Under the pieces are notes generated by a model that was given only the letters and a program-made list of their open reading frames with translations, was not told the origin of the DNA and did no database searches. The translations under genes and the position numbers were made by a program. DNA of 64,000 nucleotides from Octopus sinensis (lineage: Eukaryota), in NCBI RefSeq assembly GCF_006345805.1, contig NC_042998.1:101308001-101372000 (forward strand). The letters are read 5' to 3'. Of this stretch, positions 38,261-52,304 are shown in pieces (the first letter of the stretch is position 1; every line of letters begins with the position of its first letter).

Positions 38261-38291
<31 letters not shown>

Positions 38292-38612
38292 AATGTGACT
38301 TCATTGACCGAGGTTACCGTGGTCTTTTCCGCAGGCTTTTCTTTCCACGGGTAAACCTCACCTGTCCTCCCCTTTACACTTCATATTGACATTTCTGTGA
38401 TAACGATCCCTATTGATCATTTTTTTTTCCTCCCCCCCCCTTTTTTTTTTTTTTTAACCCCCCTTATTTTTGTCCTCTTTCTCTCCTTTTACGATCCCTT
38501 TTGATCGAACCTCCCCCTCCTTTTTTTTTTTTTTTTTTAATACCTTCAAAAGAAAAGCTCTACCTTGTAATTTGTTCTATCTGTGTGCAGCCCTGTGTGG
38601 CTAATAAAGAAA
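37511..38612 (+). mobile_element. Tx1/L1-clade LINE 3' fragment (zf-RVT CCHC region plus 3' UTR)
   Basis: Seen: RSLAWQCYREALPVRDKL..CPRCGQSDETVLHALVQCP..LW, one frameshift, ORF end at 38225, U/C-rich UTR, AATAAA at 38603; (TCTA)n on both sides. Confidence 0.85.
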
Positions 38613-38639
38613 CATATCTATCTATCTATCCATCCATCC

Positions 38640-38722
<83 letters not shown>

Positions 38723-38728
38723 CATCTG

Positions 38729-38867
<139 letters not shown>

Positions 38868-38887
38868 TAGTATATTGTATATATGCA

Positions 38888-38932
<45 letters not shown>

Positions 38933-39029
38933 TATATGTGAGTGTGTATATAATATATGTATGCATGTATATATGTACATTTGTATGCATACTAAACAAA
39001 TGAAGGGATAAAAATAATATTACATTACT

Positions 39030-39800
39030 TTTTTATAGGTTACGATCGTTTCAATAGCTAGTAGTAACATTTTTTCAACTTATACATTAGTCTTTACGCA
39101 TAAGAAATTAGTCATATCCGTATAATAATCAATTAATGAGATTGCTTCCAGTCATCTAAGACCCTCAAAGTTACTGTAGTTTTCAGAATTTTCAACAAAT
39201 ATATTGTTAGATATTATGATGCAGACGTTCAGAATTACAATGTAAACAGCAAATGTTCACCCCATCAAGTAGATATTTCAGTAGATATATTAGGTTAGTA
39301 AGGCACATGTCGGATTATTTTCTTTGACGTGGTACAAACCAGCCTGCGCATTTGGCCTGACAGGTCAAGATGTTTCAAGTATAATTTTTAGGCATCTATA
39401 GAAATGGAGAGAAAGGAATTTATTTCAGGTGGCACTTTACTGTTACAATCTCAAAATTGCCAGTTAAAAAACAACGAGGATGTTACAATGGAGGCACTTA
39501 ATAAATTAGTACATACCTCAGTAATCAAGTGCTGATAATAGTGGGTCATCTACAATTAAATTGAAATTGAATTAAAACAATTGTTAAGCATTATTTCAGA
39601 AATATGTGACTGGTTGTTTACTCAAAAAGAAAGATCTGGAAATCAATACGGTAATGACACTATCTTCAATATTAGTTGAATCAGGATCAGTGTGAGGAAT
39701 TTTTATGCGGAAATTTTAAGGCTTTATTAAAGAAGTAGGAGCACCGGATAAATAACTCATTACGCTAATTAATTAAATTAGACGATTACGCTTCCTATTT
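39030..39800 (-). mobile_element. Probable Penelope-like relic (linker/GIY-YIG region plus hammerhead-like end)
   Basis: Seen on the minus strand across frameshifts: MPKNYT*NILT and YHVKEN.PTC..NLIYLLK; the end reads GAAA CGATCG TA ACCT at about 39037-39055. Inference from weak similarity. Confidence 0.35.
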
Positions 39801-40638
39801 TTTCATCCACAGTATATCTATGGATTCATTTTCTAATGTGTGCATTTTAAAGGCAACAGGGTGCAATTTAGAGGTTTGGTAATTATTTTTAGAACATGGA
39901 ACTTCTGCATAAAAACTTTTTTGCTGGTTCCTCTTCATATAGTTTAGAGTTATTGTTATTTTTTTAACATAGAGTAAACTGTGATCAAACATTGATAGAA
40001 ACAAATGTCTTCTAACCTTAACTATTACTCCTAATTTGTTGATCATATGATATCCTCAGCCAAATGTTTTAACTACAAGTAAACTTTTATCGTGACCGTT
40101 CAATTTAATTTGCAGTGAAGACAGTGTAAGATGTTTTCAACCAAATCAGAAAGGATAGAAAAAAAAGCATTCATCGAAGGTACTTCAGCTGTGACCACCC
40201 TGTCGTTTTAAATGTATATCTAGAGTTAATTTTTTCTATTCCTGCTTAATACAGTAGAATACAATTTGAGGAAGTCCTGATGGTTAATTCTGTTTCGAAA
40301 CTCGAGCAGATCTCAGTGATTTTTATACTCAGAACGCAGAGCGTGAACAAGCAACGAGCACAAACATATACGTATACCATTACACACCTACACACACACA
40401 CACACGCAGCCACACACACTAACACACGCGCACACACAAACACAAACACACAAACACAAACACACAAACATATATGTATATATACATTTACATGAGCGTG
40501 GTGTGTGCGCTTGTTTGTATACATAGAACACAGGCAAGTTCCAAATCGTTTTCCTCCAATAAACCGAAAATCCAACGAACACGCACATACGCAAGCACAC
40601 ACACACACACACACACATACACGTAGAGGTACACGCAC

Positions 40639-40677
<39 letters not shown>

Positions 40678-40684
40678 GTATATG

Positions 40685-40716
<32 letters not shown>

Positions 40717-41033
40717 TGTATGTATGTATGTATGTATGTATGTATGTAGGTATGAAAGCTCACTAACACAGACTTTATTTATGATGGCCCGGATGCCGGC
40801 AACTCCGGGGTTTCCGTGGCGTGAAGTCGCTTATTTTGACAAGTTAAACTGAGCGGAGAGACACACCTCATCGCTCTACTGGCGGAAACGTTACAAAAAA
40901 AAGTGCAAATAACAATGCTGTATATGTACGTATGTATATATATATGTAAGTGTATACATTATATGTGTGTGTGTGCATGTGTATGTATATACATACAGAC
41001 GCAAGTATAAAGTGAATGGCGATGTAAAATATT

Positions 41034-41255
41034 GGTTCCGAATTTTAGCACAAGGCCAGTGACTTTGGAGTAGGGGCACAGTCGATTACATCGATTCCAA
41101 TGCTCAGCTGTTACTTATTTTATTGACCCCCACTAAAGTATGAAAGCTAAAGTCGGCCGTGGCAGAATTTGAATTCAGAAGGTAAAGACGGACGAGATAC
41201 TGCTAAGCATATTGCCCGGCGTGCTAATGATTCTGAGATATTGCCGCATGGGAAG
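41034..41255 (-). mobile_element. SINE family C monomer, 11-bp TSD
   Basis: Seen: reverse complement of family C; TGTAAAATATT at 41023-41033 and 41256-41266. Confidence 0.8.
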
Positions 41256-41766
41256 TGTAAAATATTATAGCAAATATTTATATATAAAATGTCGTTGTGT
41301 TTACATCTATCTATATCTATTTTATTTCGCCGATATAGCGTAGTTTCGACTTATTCGTAAATCACGCAATGTTAACAGAACAAAAAAAACAAAAAACGTT
41401 TAAGATTATATTAACAAAAAAAAATGTAAAAAAAAAAACCCTTTCAGATTATATGTTACTCACGCGCAAACAAATTTCTTTGTTTGTACCATCATTTTTC
41501 TTTAGTATTCACCCTCACAACACCCGCCCCACAGGTGCTCGAAAATAATATTGGTTGCTTTTCGTTTCATTTTTCTTGTTTTTCCGCTTACATAGATTGT
41601 TCATGCAACCATTATTTATAAAATCAGCTGGGCAATAGGCAAAATGATATCTAGTTTTTTTTTAATATCAACTTTATCAGATAAATGAAAACTATAATAA
41701 ATTCGACAATGGTTTTTGGACTGAGTATTTTTCATCGATTGTGGCAACATCTGCTCTCGCTAGTAG

Positions 41767-41801
<35 letters not shown>

Positions 41802-41804
41802 TAA

Positions 41805-42120
41805 GTGGAGGCACATGACCTAGTGGTTAGAGCAGCGGGCTCGTGTTTGAGGGATCGCGGGTTCGAATCTCAGACCGGGCGATGTGTGTGTTTATGAGCG
41901 AAAACACCTAAGCTCCACGCGGCTCCGGCAGAAGGTAATGACGAATCTCTGCTGACTCTTTCGCCACAACTTTCTCTCACTCTTTCCTCCTGCATCTTGC
42001 AGCTCACCTGCGATGGACCGGCGTCCCATCCAGGTAGGGAACCTATACGCCAAGAAACCGGGAAACCGGCCCTTATGAGTCAGGCATAGCTCGAGAAGGA
42101 ACAGACAAAACAACAACAAC
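41805..42120 (+). mobile_element. SINE family B, full length (tail type 1)
   Basis: Seen: matches 17608-17915. Confidence 0.9.
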
Positions 42121-42130
42121 ATACACATGA

Positions 42131-42733
42131 GCGAAGGAGTACCCAAAAGAAACGGATATTTTGCAATATTCACTTAGTTTTAATATTTACACTTTCATCG
42201 CCTTCAAAGTATTCTCCATTTGAAGCAATGCATCGATCCATACTCGTTTTCTACTGTTCGAAGCAGCGCTGGAACTATTGCGAAGTCATGCCTTTTAACT
42301 CTACTGTTACGTCTTTCTTCTCCTCTTCCACATCTGCAAATTCCGTAGCCCCAGCTTTTGTCATCAGTGATAACCTTTGAAAAAACTTCCGGATCAACTT
42401 CCAAGTTTTCATTCAGTTCGCGACATACATTCAGTCGTGACCGCCTTTGATCTTCTGTGAGCAAGGGAGACACAAATTTGCTGCAACTCTTTTCATTCGC
42501 AATTCCTCACTAAAAATTCGTTCGCAGGAGCTTCAACCATCGCAAGTATCGACAAACAGGAGAGAAGCACTGCAAAAAAAAGATGCACCACATGGTAGCA
42601 ATACCTCACTGATTCATGTCGATCAGCAGACTGATGCCTGAGGGTTACATTAAGTGGCTTTTAGCAGTAGAAGCTAGAACTACCACAGCCTTGTCCCACT
42701 GAACGTTTCCGGTTACGTTTGGGTACACCCTCG
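42131..42733 (-). mobile_element. Internally deleted mariner (~600 bp) with both TIRs
   Basis: Seen: TIRs CGAAGGAGTACCCAAAAGAAACGGA and rc CGAGGGTGTACCCAAACGTAACCGGA, with TA at the right end. Peptides LTEDQRRSRLNVCREL, KVITDDKSWGYG, MDRCIASNGEYFEG. Confidence 0.85.
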
Positions 42734-42791
42734 TATATAAATATATACATATATACATATATATATATATAATATATATATATATATTAAT

Positions 42792-42826
<35 letters not shown>

Positions 42827-43003
42827 TTATTTAGTTGAGTAATTGAATGAATTATCTTATTAAGGATAATTCTTATTAAGGATAATCCTTATTCCTTCGG
42901 AATTAGGAATATGCAGCCTTCGAAACATATGTCGAGAATAAAGGATATTTGTTAACTAGTCGTTCAACTCCATTCTTTCATATACTTATATATATATATA
43001 TAT

Positions 43004-44357
43004 GAATTCCGTAACCAGCATGGATTCCGTAATGGGAGAGATTGCCTGACGCAGCTACTGCATCATTTTGATGACATTTTGAGAGCCTTGGGAGAGGGTT
43101 CCAACACTGATGTCATCTACCTTGATTTCAGCAAGGCCTTTGACAGGGTTGATCATAAGATCCTTCTGAGAAAGCTGTCCAATATTGGTGTCACTGGAAA
43201 GCTGCTGCAATGGATCAAGTGCTTCCTCTCTACAGAACCCAACATGTTGTAGTCGAAGGAGTCAAATCCAGCCCAGCCAAAGTCAGCAGTGGTGTCCCAC
43301 AAGGCACTGTGTTGGGCCCACTTCTCTTCATCATCTACATAAATGATATTACTGACACCATCAAACACAGCAACATCAGAACCTTCGCTGATTATTCCAA
43401 GCTCCAGAAGGTCATCAATGGCGTGGATGACCGAATAAACCTTCAGTCAGACCTACTGGCTGTTGTCCAATGGGCGGAAAAGAATAACAGTTGCTAAATG
43501 AAGACAAATTCGAACTGATCCACTTTGGTAGGGAGGACGCTCTGAAACTCCCATACTCTCTTCCTTCTGGAGAAATTCTCATGGCATCCAACAACATCAG
43601 AGACCTGGAGTAACAGTGGACAACAACATAAGCTGGGCTACACATATAAGCAGCAAAGTTGACATGGCCCGCAGAATGTGTTCCTGGATTCTCCAGAACC
43701 TTCCAGTCGAGAGATTCCCACGCTATTATCCTTCTCTTCTCCACTTTTGCCCGACCCCACCTTGAATACTGCTGTCCACTGTGGTCTCCCTACACAAAAC
43801 AAAATATTATGAGAATTGAAGCTCCCCAAAGGTCAATCACAAAAAAAGATAGATGGCATGTCAGACCTTGACTACTGGGGTAGACTAGAGAGAGCTGAAA
43901 TTGTATTCACTCCAACGACGCCGTGAACGCTACATTATCTGTATGATGATGGAAAATATTCCATCAGCACTGTCCGAATGATGTTGGCATCACCTTCAAA
44001 ATGCATCCAAGGCTTGGACCACGTGCCATCCGTCCACAACAAAAATCTAAATCGCATCACATAACGACAATACGGCACAACTATTTCACCTCAATTGGAC
44101 CCGCTCTCTTCAACATTACACCAGGACACGTCAAAAAAGAAACTGACCACACAAAATTCAAGAGTCTTTGGACAAATTCCTTCAAACAGTACCGGACAAA
44201 CCACCCACACCCGGATATGTCTCCGCAAACAATAACTCTCTGCTCGAATGGGCCTTGGTGCCCAAACTGAACTGAAAGACTTCGCCAGGTGGTGCTTTAA
44301 GTTAGACATGGCCTGGGCCAATACTGGCCAAAAACCTTTCTAAGTTATTCTAAGTTA
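43004..44357 (+). mobile_element. CR1/L2-group LINE, subfamily 2, 5'-truncated (RT to tail)
   Basis: Seen: YLDFSKAFDRVDH, VSSGVPQGTVLGPLLFIIYIND, FADY; tail CATGGCCTGGGCCAATACTGGCC; (TA)n on both sides. Confidence 0.9.
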
Positions 44358-44381
44358 TATATATATATATAATTATATATA

Positions 44382-44468
<87 letters not shown>

Positions 44469-44583
44469 AGCTATTGTGTATCTAGTACACTCTTCGCCTT
44501 GAATGTAATGATATATGTATAATATATGGCGTGTACTGGTACACCGGCGATATAATTAATTTTATTGTATCGCATTTATCTTG

Positions 44584-44643
<60 letters not shown>

Positions 44644-44830
44644 TTATATATACATATAAATTTAAAAATTAAATGTATATATATATGTGTATATATATAT
44701 ATATATAATATAATATATATATATATGCATACATATGCATTCATATACAGATACGCATACACACACGTTTTACATATTTATACATCATACACAGACACAC
44801 GCAGACTCACATATGAACGCACATATATAT

Positions 44831-44862
<32 letters not shown>

Positions 44863-44887
44863 CATTAAATATACATATGTGTGTGCG

Positions 44888-44931
<44 letters not shown>

Positions 44932-45581
44932 GTATATATGTGATGCATGTATGAAAACACACACACACACACATATAAATACACGCACACACAAACACAT
45001 ATATATATTATGTCCAGAATAAAGACATAAAAATAGATAAGTGCCTATGAAGCTTTTATCGCAAATATGTGCCATAAAACAAATAAATTTAATTAGTGGT
45101 GGCAATGAATATGTGAAAAATGTCCATATAATAGATATATAAGTGCCCACACATTCACACTTATATACGTATATATATACATACTTACATGTATGTACAA
45201 CATACGTATACACACATACTTTTCTGAAACGATTTTCCTACTGATTTATATTATTTGATGTTCTTAAACTAGCTTAATACCGAGTGCATCATAGCAGTAG
45301 CAACTAAAAGGTTTTCAAGTCTAAAACGTTTTCAAGTTGATTATTGAAATGGTATAGTCAGAAGAGAAAGGGCCACATCGTAGACTATTTTCAAGGGTCT
45401 TTGAGGCTAGTGGGAGAAAGGAATGAAGTTTTTCTCAGACCAAAGATCCAGTTCGGATGCGTGTTATAGAGTGAATTCAGTTAAAGTCACTCAAATTTCA
45501 AGTGGTTCTGTCAAACTGATGGATTGGGATTTTTCTTCATCTGGTCACCAGACAACACCATGAAGCTATGTTCCTTATTTA

Positions 45582-46850
45582 CAGGGGGTGGACAAAATAA
45601 TGGAAACATCTTAAAATTTCAAGCAAATTTATTTTAATATGGGGTAGGGCCGCCTTTCGCAGTAATTGCAGCTTGAATTCTACGAGGTATGCACTCGTAC
45701 AAAGTTTGAATTGTTTCCAATGGAACTTTTCTTCATTCTTCACCTAAGACAGTCTTCAGTTCTTGAAGTGATGATGGTGCTGGATATCAACTCCTTACTT
45801 GTTTTTCTAAAATGCACTATAAATGTTCAATAATATTGAGATCTGGGGACTGTGGTGGCCAGAAAACATGTTCAATTTCACTAGAATGTGCCATTCAGTA
45901 ACAAATTTAGCTGTGTGAATTGGTGCATTATCATCCCGAAAGATTATGTTTCTTTCCGGAAATACTTTGGCAACCATAGGATGAATTTGATCAGATAAAA
46001 TACTTAAATAGTCTTAACTATTAATTCTGCCATTAAGGGAAACCATTGGACCGGCAGATTTCCAAGATATAGCAAACCCTCTCCGCCGATCATCACAGAT
46101 CATCCTCCATGTTTAACAGCTAGAAGTCAATCTGAGTCAAATGCTTCTTTTGGCTGTCCCCACACGTATACTCGGCCGGTGGTCGGAAATACGGTAAAGG
46201 ATGACTCGTCCAAGAAAATAACATTCTTCCAATGCTCTTGTGACCAATTTTTTAGGTTTTACTCCACTCTAAACACTTTGCGACGTTTGTTTTTAAAGGT
46301 AGTAGTTTTCTGATTGCATCCCCCCCCATGAAATTTGGCTTTGTGCAGCTCCCGACAAACAGTTTTTGTGGAAACTGGGTTCATGAGGTAGTCATTAAGA
46401 TCTGCAGTACTTTTGGGAGCTGTACGTTTTTGATCCTTTCTAACAATTCGCGTACGACTCCGACGGTCCCTATCTGCAAATTTTAGTTTTCTTCCGGGGT
46501 TTTGTTTCGACGAGAAGGTTATTCCGTCTTTCTCAAAGGCTGTCATTACTTTCGAGACAGTACTTCTTGATACACCAAACATTTTGGCTGTTTTCGGTAG
46601 GTTAGCGCCTGCCATACAAGCACAAACAATTTGACCTCTTTGAAAGTCTGATAGATCCGTCATTTTAATGAATTTTAATTACCTCTTTCTGATGATACGT
46701 GAAAAGAAACAGCAATTTTAGCAAAATTTATTAAGCTACACTAGTAATAAATAAAAAGCATAAAATGAAGAAGCTTTTGATGGCTTTACAGATATTTCAA
46801 AATTATGATGCTATGTTGCGAGGTATTTCCATTATTTTGTCCAACGCCTG
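45582..46850 (-). mobile_element. Full-length decayed Tc1-type (DD34E-like) transposon, ~1.27 kb, ~30-bp TIRs
   Basis: Seen: TIR CAGG..TGGACAAAATAATGGAAA at both ends; ORF MTDLSDFQRGQIV.., WKNVIFLDESSF, DDNAPIHTA, WPPQSPDLNIIE. Confidence 0.9.
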
Positions 46851-48719
46851 CACATAGCTAGTTCCTAAATTTCATGCTGTATATATCAGCTATTGTATAT
46901 ATCTGCTAAAAACCTCAATATAGTCTTTTATCAGAGTGCACGAGTCATCTAAAAACTATCAGATATGACTTGTTTTTCAGTACAACTGTGGCCGATATAG
47001 CCTGTCATGCCTTGAGCAACAATAGCTGAGATGAGTGGAATGTTCGCATAAATCTTCTCTTCAGTCTTGTGCTCACAACATGAAATGTTTACTGCTACTC
47101 AAGAACAGATCATGTAAATGTTGAGCTAGAAAGTATGGGAAGGAGACTGACCTGTGTATGTACTGCATTCTGGAAATTACAGCTTCCCAAATTGTTTTAC
47201 TTGTACATGATACAGACTTGGCTATGCAACAAGTTGTTTGTGTGCTAGCATTTCGAGGTGAGTATTTTGTATATATATGTGTTTCTAGAGTGAGACTAGA
47301 GTAAGAGCATTGCTAATGTCGATGGTAGTTAAAATGTTTCAGGTGGGAGACTTTTGCTTGTTGAAGTAAATATTGTGCGTTCTGTGTTAAGAATATGGAG
47401 GGTTTGGTCGTGAATGAAATGACCTGAATCGGTATTGGGATTTGGGGAGGGGTATGTGTGGATGTGAGGGTTAGCGATGTCAAAGATTAGGGTGTCTAGA
47501 ACATTTTAGAATGTGTATAGGAAGATAATGAGTCTGAAAGATACTACTTGTTGTAGGTTTTAGCATTGCTGTAATTGATTCTGAGTATTAACAATGTTGG
47601 CACTACTAAGTGTTGATATCAGTGAGTGCAGGGATTCCTTCAGACCGCAGATATTTCAGATGCATTGTTATTTTGTCTGACTGAGGCTTTTGGCATTTTA
47701 GATTTCCCAAATGAAGTTTGGGTGTCTAATGGGAAGAAAGAGTAAACATCTTGCTCACATTGAAAGTTCGTACTTTTCGTTTGTGCTATTGTTTTTTTTT
47801 TTATGTTCGAGAAACTTCTTATAAGGGCATTTGTATTGTGTCATATAATTTGTTTTTGCGACATTGGGTATGGCGTGACTGAACTAACGAAGAAGCCTCT
47901 ACACAGTCACTCGACGACATTCAAGAAATAGCAGTCAATTTTTTCTTAAATACAACCGTTCTATAGTAGAAGGGAAAATATACAAATTAGAATAATATTG
48001 TGTATAAAGCGAAACCAAAAGGTTTCAATTGTCTCAACTGATTTTAGTCTGCATTTGGACGGAATTTTCTATACCTTTATTGTAAGAATTTAGCCCCAGC
48101 TCGACACTGATCCACCTCACCTATAAGCAAATACGATTCACTTGTGTCCATTCCATCTTCTTCCATATACAATCTCGTTAGGATCTTTATTATCGAATGT
48201 AAATTTCCTCGCTTTAAGAAGGTTGAGTGTGATTTGTGAGCATTTGACTGTTATATGTCGATCGACTGCACAGAGCAGCGTCTCATAACATTTTTACAAT
48301 TCTAAATCACCACATAACCAAAAAGAATACCTAAAATAACCCCATATCCACGTTGTCGTCTTCATCATCACTCATGTAACTTCAAAACATATCGATGGTT
48401 TGGTTTTACGTTATATGATATCCAGAAAAGAATAGTTAAAAAAATGAAAAATAACTTTATGATATATTTTCCTAGAAAATCGACATACGTCATGTACAAG
48501 CTAGCTACATCTAATTTACAACGTTATATCCTTTCACCTGTTTCAGATGATAAATCAGTTGATTTATTTATTACAGCTGAGTTTCATTGCAAAAATCTAA
48601 AACTTGTAATGTACTTTATATCTCGCCTGCGTTATAACACTGACTTTTACTTATTCAGTGATTTTTTGCGATTTTTTATGCGTAGTAAGAATTTAAAATT
48701 GGGTTAAAATTACCGATAA

Positions 48720-50400
48720 TGTTAACCTCGTTTCAAATGACTCTACAAATAAATTCTTCATCGTTGATTTTGGGCTCAATAATACAGAATATCTTGTTTC
48801 ACAAGCTTAAGTAATTGTGAAGAGAATCGAAATATTAATTGCACTCACAGCCAAGCTTGTGTAAGCTGTCGTCTGTAAATACAAAATCTGCCTGGCTAAA
48901 CTTCCGAAATCAGGCTTTCTTCTTAACTTTGTGCAGAAGTCATTTAAATCAAAATTTACTGGATTATTGCACTCACAGTTGCAATATCAATCGAGAAAGG
49001 GATTTGGATCCAAACGAATCAATGTTAAGATCTCAGTTTTGGATTTCCAAGTGATTTCCATTTCCTGACGTATTTTCACATGCTATATTCCCTAATGATA
49101 TCGTCAAGAATTGGAAGGTTCGATAAATTTCCGCTTTCAACACGACTCCAAATTGCTAACTATCAAAAGCTTTCTTTTAGCTTGAATAACGTCCATAGCT
49201 TCTCCCTATATTGGAATGCACAAATCATTATGAAAACAGAAGTTATCGGTCGAACAGGCTAGCAATAAAATGCTGATCTTTAAATTGATTTATGAAGGTG
49301 GGTTGCTGATGCTTGAGCAATTCGAGGATTTGAAACTGAAGTTCTACTACATCTGCGTAAACATGTGATCGTACTTAGTGATTATACCTCTTTGTGGTTT
49401 AAAACATAATGATTTTTCTTCAGTCTCATTACAGAACTCTTGTTTTAGCGGATGGCTCACTGCATATCTATAAGTAATGTTGACTGTTTGCACGACACTT
49501 ATTCTCATCACTTTTGAAAGTTTCATCACCATTGTTTTAAATTCCAAGGCTGGTGATGTTGGATAAGTGTGTGGTCAACACATGCAGATCTTTCTATTTC
49601 ACCAGTGAAATAAATTTAGAAGTTTTGCGAATTATGGCAGGAGCCATAGAAACAGTCCGAATCAAATCCCACACTGACCTTTTGATATAAAATCATAACG
49701 AACACCTATTATGGGTGTAGTTCTGAGTGGATGACAGAATAAAAAAAATTCTTCCCTGACGTTCTTCTCATGAGCATAGTATTTAAGTACAAATTATGGG
49801 TGTTCGAAACACAGTTGAGTAATCGAGCTGCATGCAGATTTTACTGGAACTGTTTTAATCACACTGACAACAATTTAAGCTGTCAGAAATAAATGAACAA
49901 ATTTTTAATCTCGCTGACAGCCTGATTTGATATAACCTGACATATCTCTTTAATTCTTTGGTACACAGTGCTAATACACAGGAACACAAGACTCAATTGT
50001 TTCATGGCATTCTTTCATGGCATAGCTTTTATCATCTCCTGCGCAGAGGTTTCATGGCATCCTTTCACAGCATCATCTCCTGCGCCCTGGTCTTACCTAA
50101 GCTTCCTCCAATTGTGTGAGGCTTCTTTTATTTTCCAGATATATAGGAAATATTACCGAAAGATCAGTGATCTTCCGTAATGAGCCAGTCCATACAAGAG
50201 AAGAGTTTGTCTTTTCAAGTACGAAACATCAACTCAAATGTTATACTTTTTGCTCTTAGTTTCGAGATGTTCTCCCGAAATTCCGCTCATTATCACAGCT
50301 TCAACTTGGTCTGTCGTACAAATGAAGCAAATGTCAACATATCAATTAATCCATAAATAGTTCTAAAGACGTATAAGTAGACCGAAAATTCATAAAACTG
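48720..50400 (-). mobile_element. Old hAT (Charlie/Buster/SPIN-like) transposase relic
   Basis: Seen in the correct order on the minus strand: C..D..GEHLETK, APA, HTLIQH, VVQTVN..QEFCNE, DVIQAKRKL..SGNLSNLP, FTIT*ACETRYSVLL. Knowledge: these match RHYETK, DGAPAM, HCIIHQ, VVKxVNFI and TYLCExGFS. Confidence 0.6.
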
Positions 50401-50547
50401 ATAAGTAACGTATAAGTGCAAACGTGGTCATATGATCTAGAAGTTCACTACGCAACCACGTAGTTTTGAATTTAGTCCTATTATGCAACATCCATGGACA
50501 AGTATCTTCCAATATACACCAGGTTGACCAATAGTTAGTGAATCTGG

Positions 50548-50581
<34 letters not shown>

Positions 50582-50586
50582 ATATA

Positions 50587-51200
50587 CAGCGTGCGGTGAA
50601 TAAACTGTCGTCAAAAATGAAAATTACAGACACCTCATTTTAACAGATATATGTACTAAAATTACATAAAAATATTTTGAAATACTAAAGAGTAAATTTC
50701 ATCAATAAAATCGCCATTGGCTTCAACCATGGCCTCTAGACGACTTCGGAATCTCCTGCAACTCTCCTGAACGATCTCCTTGTTTAAGTTGGTGAATGCT
50801 CCCATAATCCTTGCCATCATTTCATCTTTTGTGTCACAAGGAGTTTTGTTGGTCTCTCGCTCAACTGCGCTCCACACATAATATTCAACGGGGTTGCACT
50901 CTGGGGAGTTAGGTGGCCAGATGTTAGAAGTGATATGGTCGCAGAAATTGTCTGACAGCCATGACTGGGTTCTCCTCCTTGTGTAGCATGATGCAGAGTC
51001 CTTTTGTGCTAGATATAGGGTTTTCCAGCAGGCACCCTTTTGACCCAAGGCAGGACTACCTCATCCAGGCACTTGATATAGGCTTCCGTTTTGAGTTTGA
51101 GGCCGTGTGGGAAGATGAATAGAGGCATACTGTCACCACCACTAATAATGGTTCCAAACACTATGATGTTGACTGGATGTTTGACTTTTATCACTCTCAG
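50587..51200 (-). mobile_element. Tc1/mariner-superfamily DD37-spaced (maT-like) element, 3' half with one TIR
   Basis: Seen: KHPVNIIVFG..GDSMPLFIF, KDSASCYT then 37 residues to E in WPPNSPECNPVEYYVW, EANGDFI; terminal TA-CAGCGTGCGG. Confidence 0.8.
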
Positions 51201-52270
51201 TACATGCACTATCCTAAGATTGACACTCAAGCAAATCAGCACAGGTTGTTAATCGATGGTGGGAACAAACACAAACACATGCATATACGTCTCTGTGTGT
51301 ACGTCGTATGCATACAAAGATACATACATACATGTATGTATGCATACGAACGACATACACACAAAGACTATATGCCTGTGCCTGTCTTTGTCCCCACCAC
51401 CGATGAACAGCCTGTGCTGATTTGCATACGTTCCCGTAACCTAGCGCTTGGCGAAATGGTAACAGTAGAAGAGATACTAAATTTGCAAGAAAAAAAAAAG
51501 ATGAAGAATAAGTGCTGTTGGAGAATAGAAGACGTACAAAACTTGAAATAAATTTTTTTAAATGGGTGTAAAAAAAAGGATTGCGTTAGATTAGGCACTA
51601 GACAGCAGACGTATTAAACTGGCAAATGGAAAAAAAAAGGTATGGAAATAGATTTGATAAGTGAAAACCTTCAAGACACGGCTAAAGTTCAGTGACTGAA
51701 ATAAGTACAAGGATATAAGAATGTAACAGTGAGAAGCAATGCTACCGCATCTCCATAAAAGTGATTGTGTTTTCAGTAGAATTATCATAGACCATTATAA
51801 AATGAAATGCGAAGGTAAAAATCGTGTCCTTCTCGCTTTTAGTTCCTATACTTACAAGAAACATGAACTCTTATCAAAAGGTTAAAAAAAGAAAAAAAAA
51901 AACTCGTGAAGGAGTTTCTTTGTTGGTTTGTAAGAAAGAGTATGTACAAACATGTACAAATTCAGCAGCTGTCTGCATTAGCCAGAGTTGGATTGGGATT
52001 AAACGTATTGATGTCCAAAATGTTGGTGTGTATATAGTTCCCTAACTGATACACTGGCATTCAATTCTCATCTTATTTCTTTATACAAGAAATATTCTGT
52101 TAGAATAAAAGAAAAATATCAGAAATCTCGAGAAAGTTATCAAAACAAACATGGAGACAGTATGCTGGACAGACAGGAAGTGTAAGAAATTTAACTCTAA
52201 TTGCATTTAGAGAGAAAGACAGCGAGAGAGATAGAGATGGTGAGAGAGAGAGAGAGAGACAGAGAGAGAG

Positions 52271-52304
<34 letters not shown>

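Noticed and set aside
46685-46712. CTGATGA..GAAA in the Tc1 leader
   Set aside because: Only 5 nt lie between the boxes and there is no stem II or III; chance match.
47150-47760. Minus-strand APE-like start (IWEI*NAKSL..ICGLKE)
   Set aside because: Too degenerate to call without a profile search.
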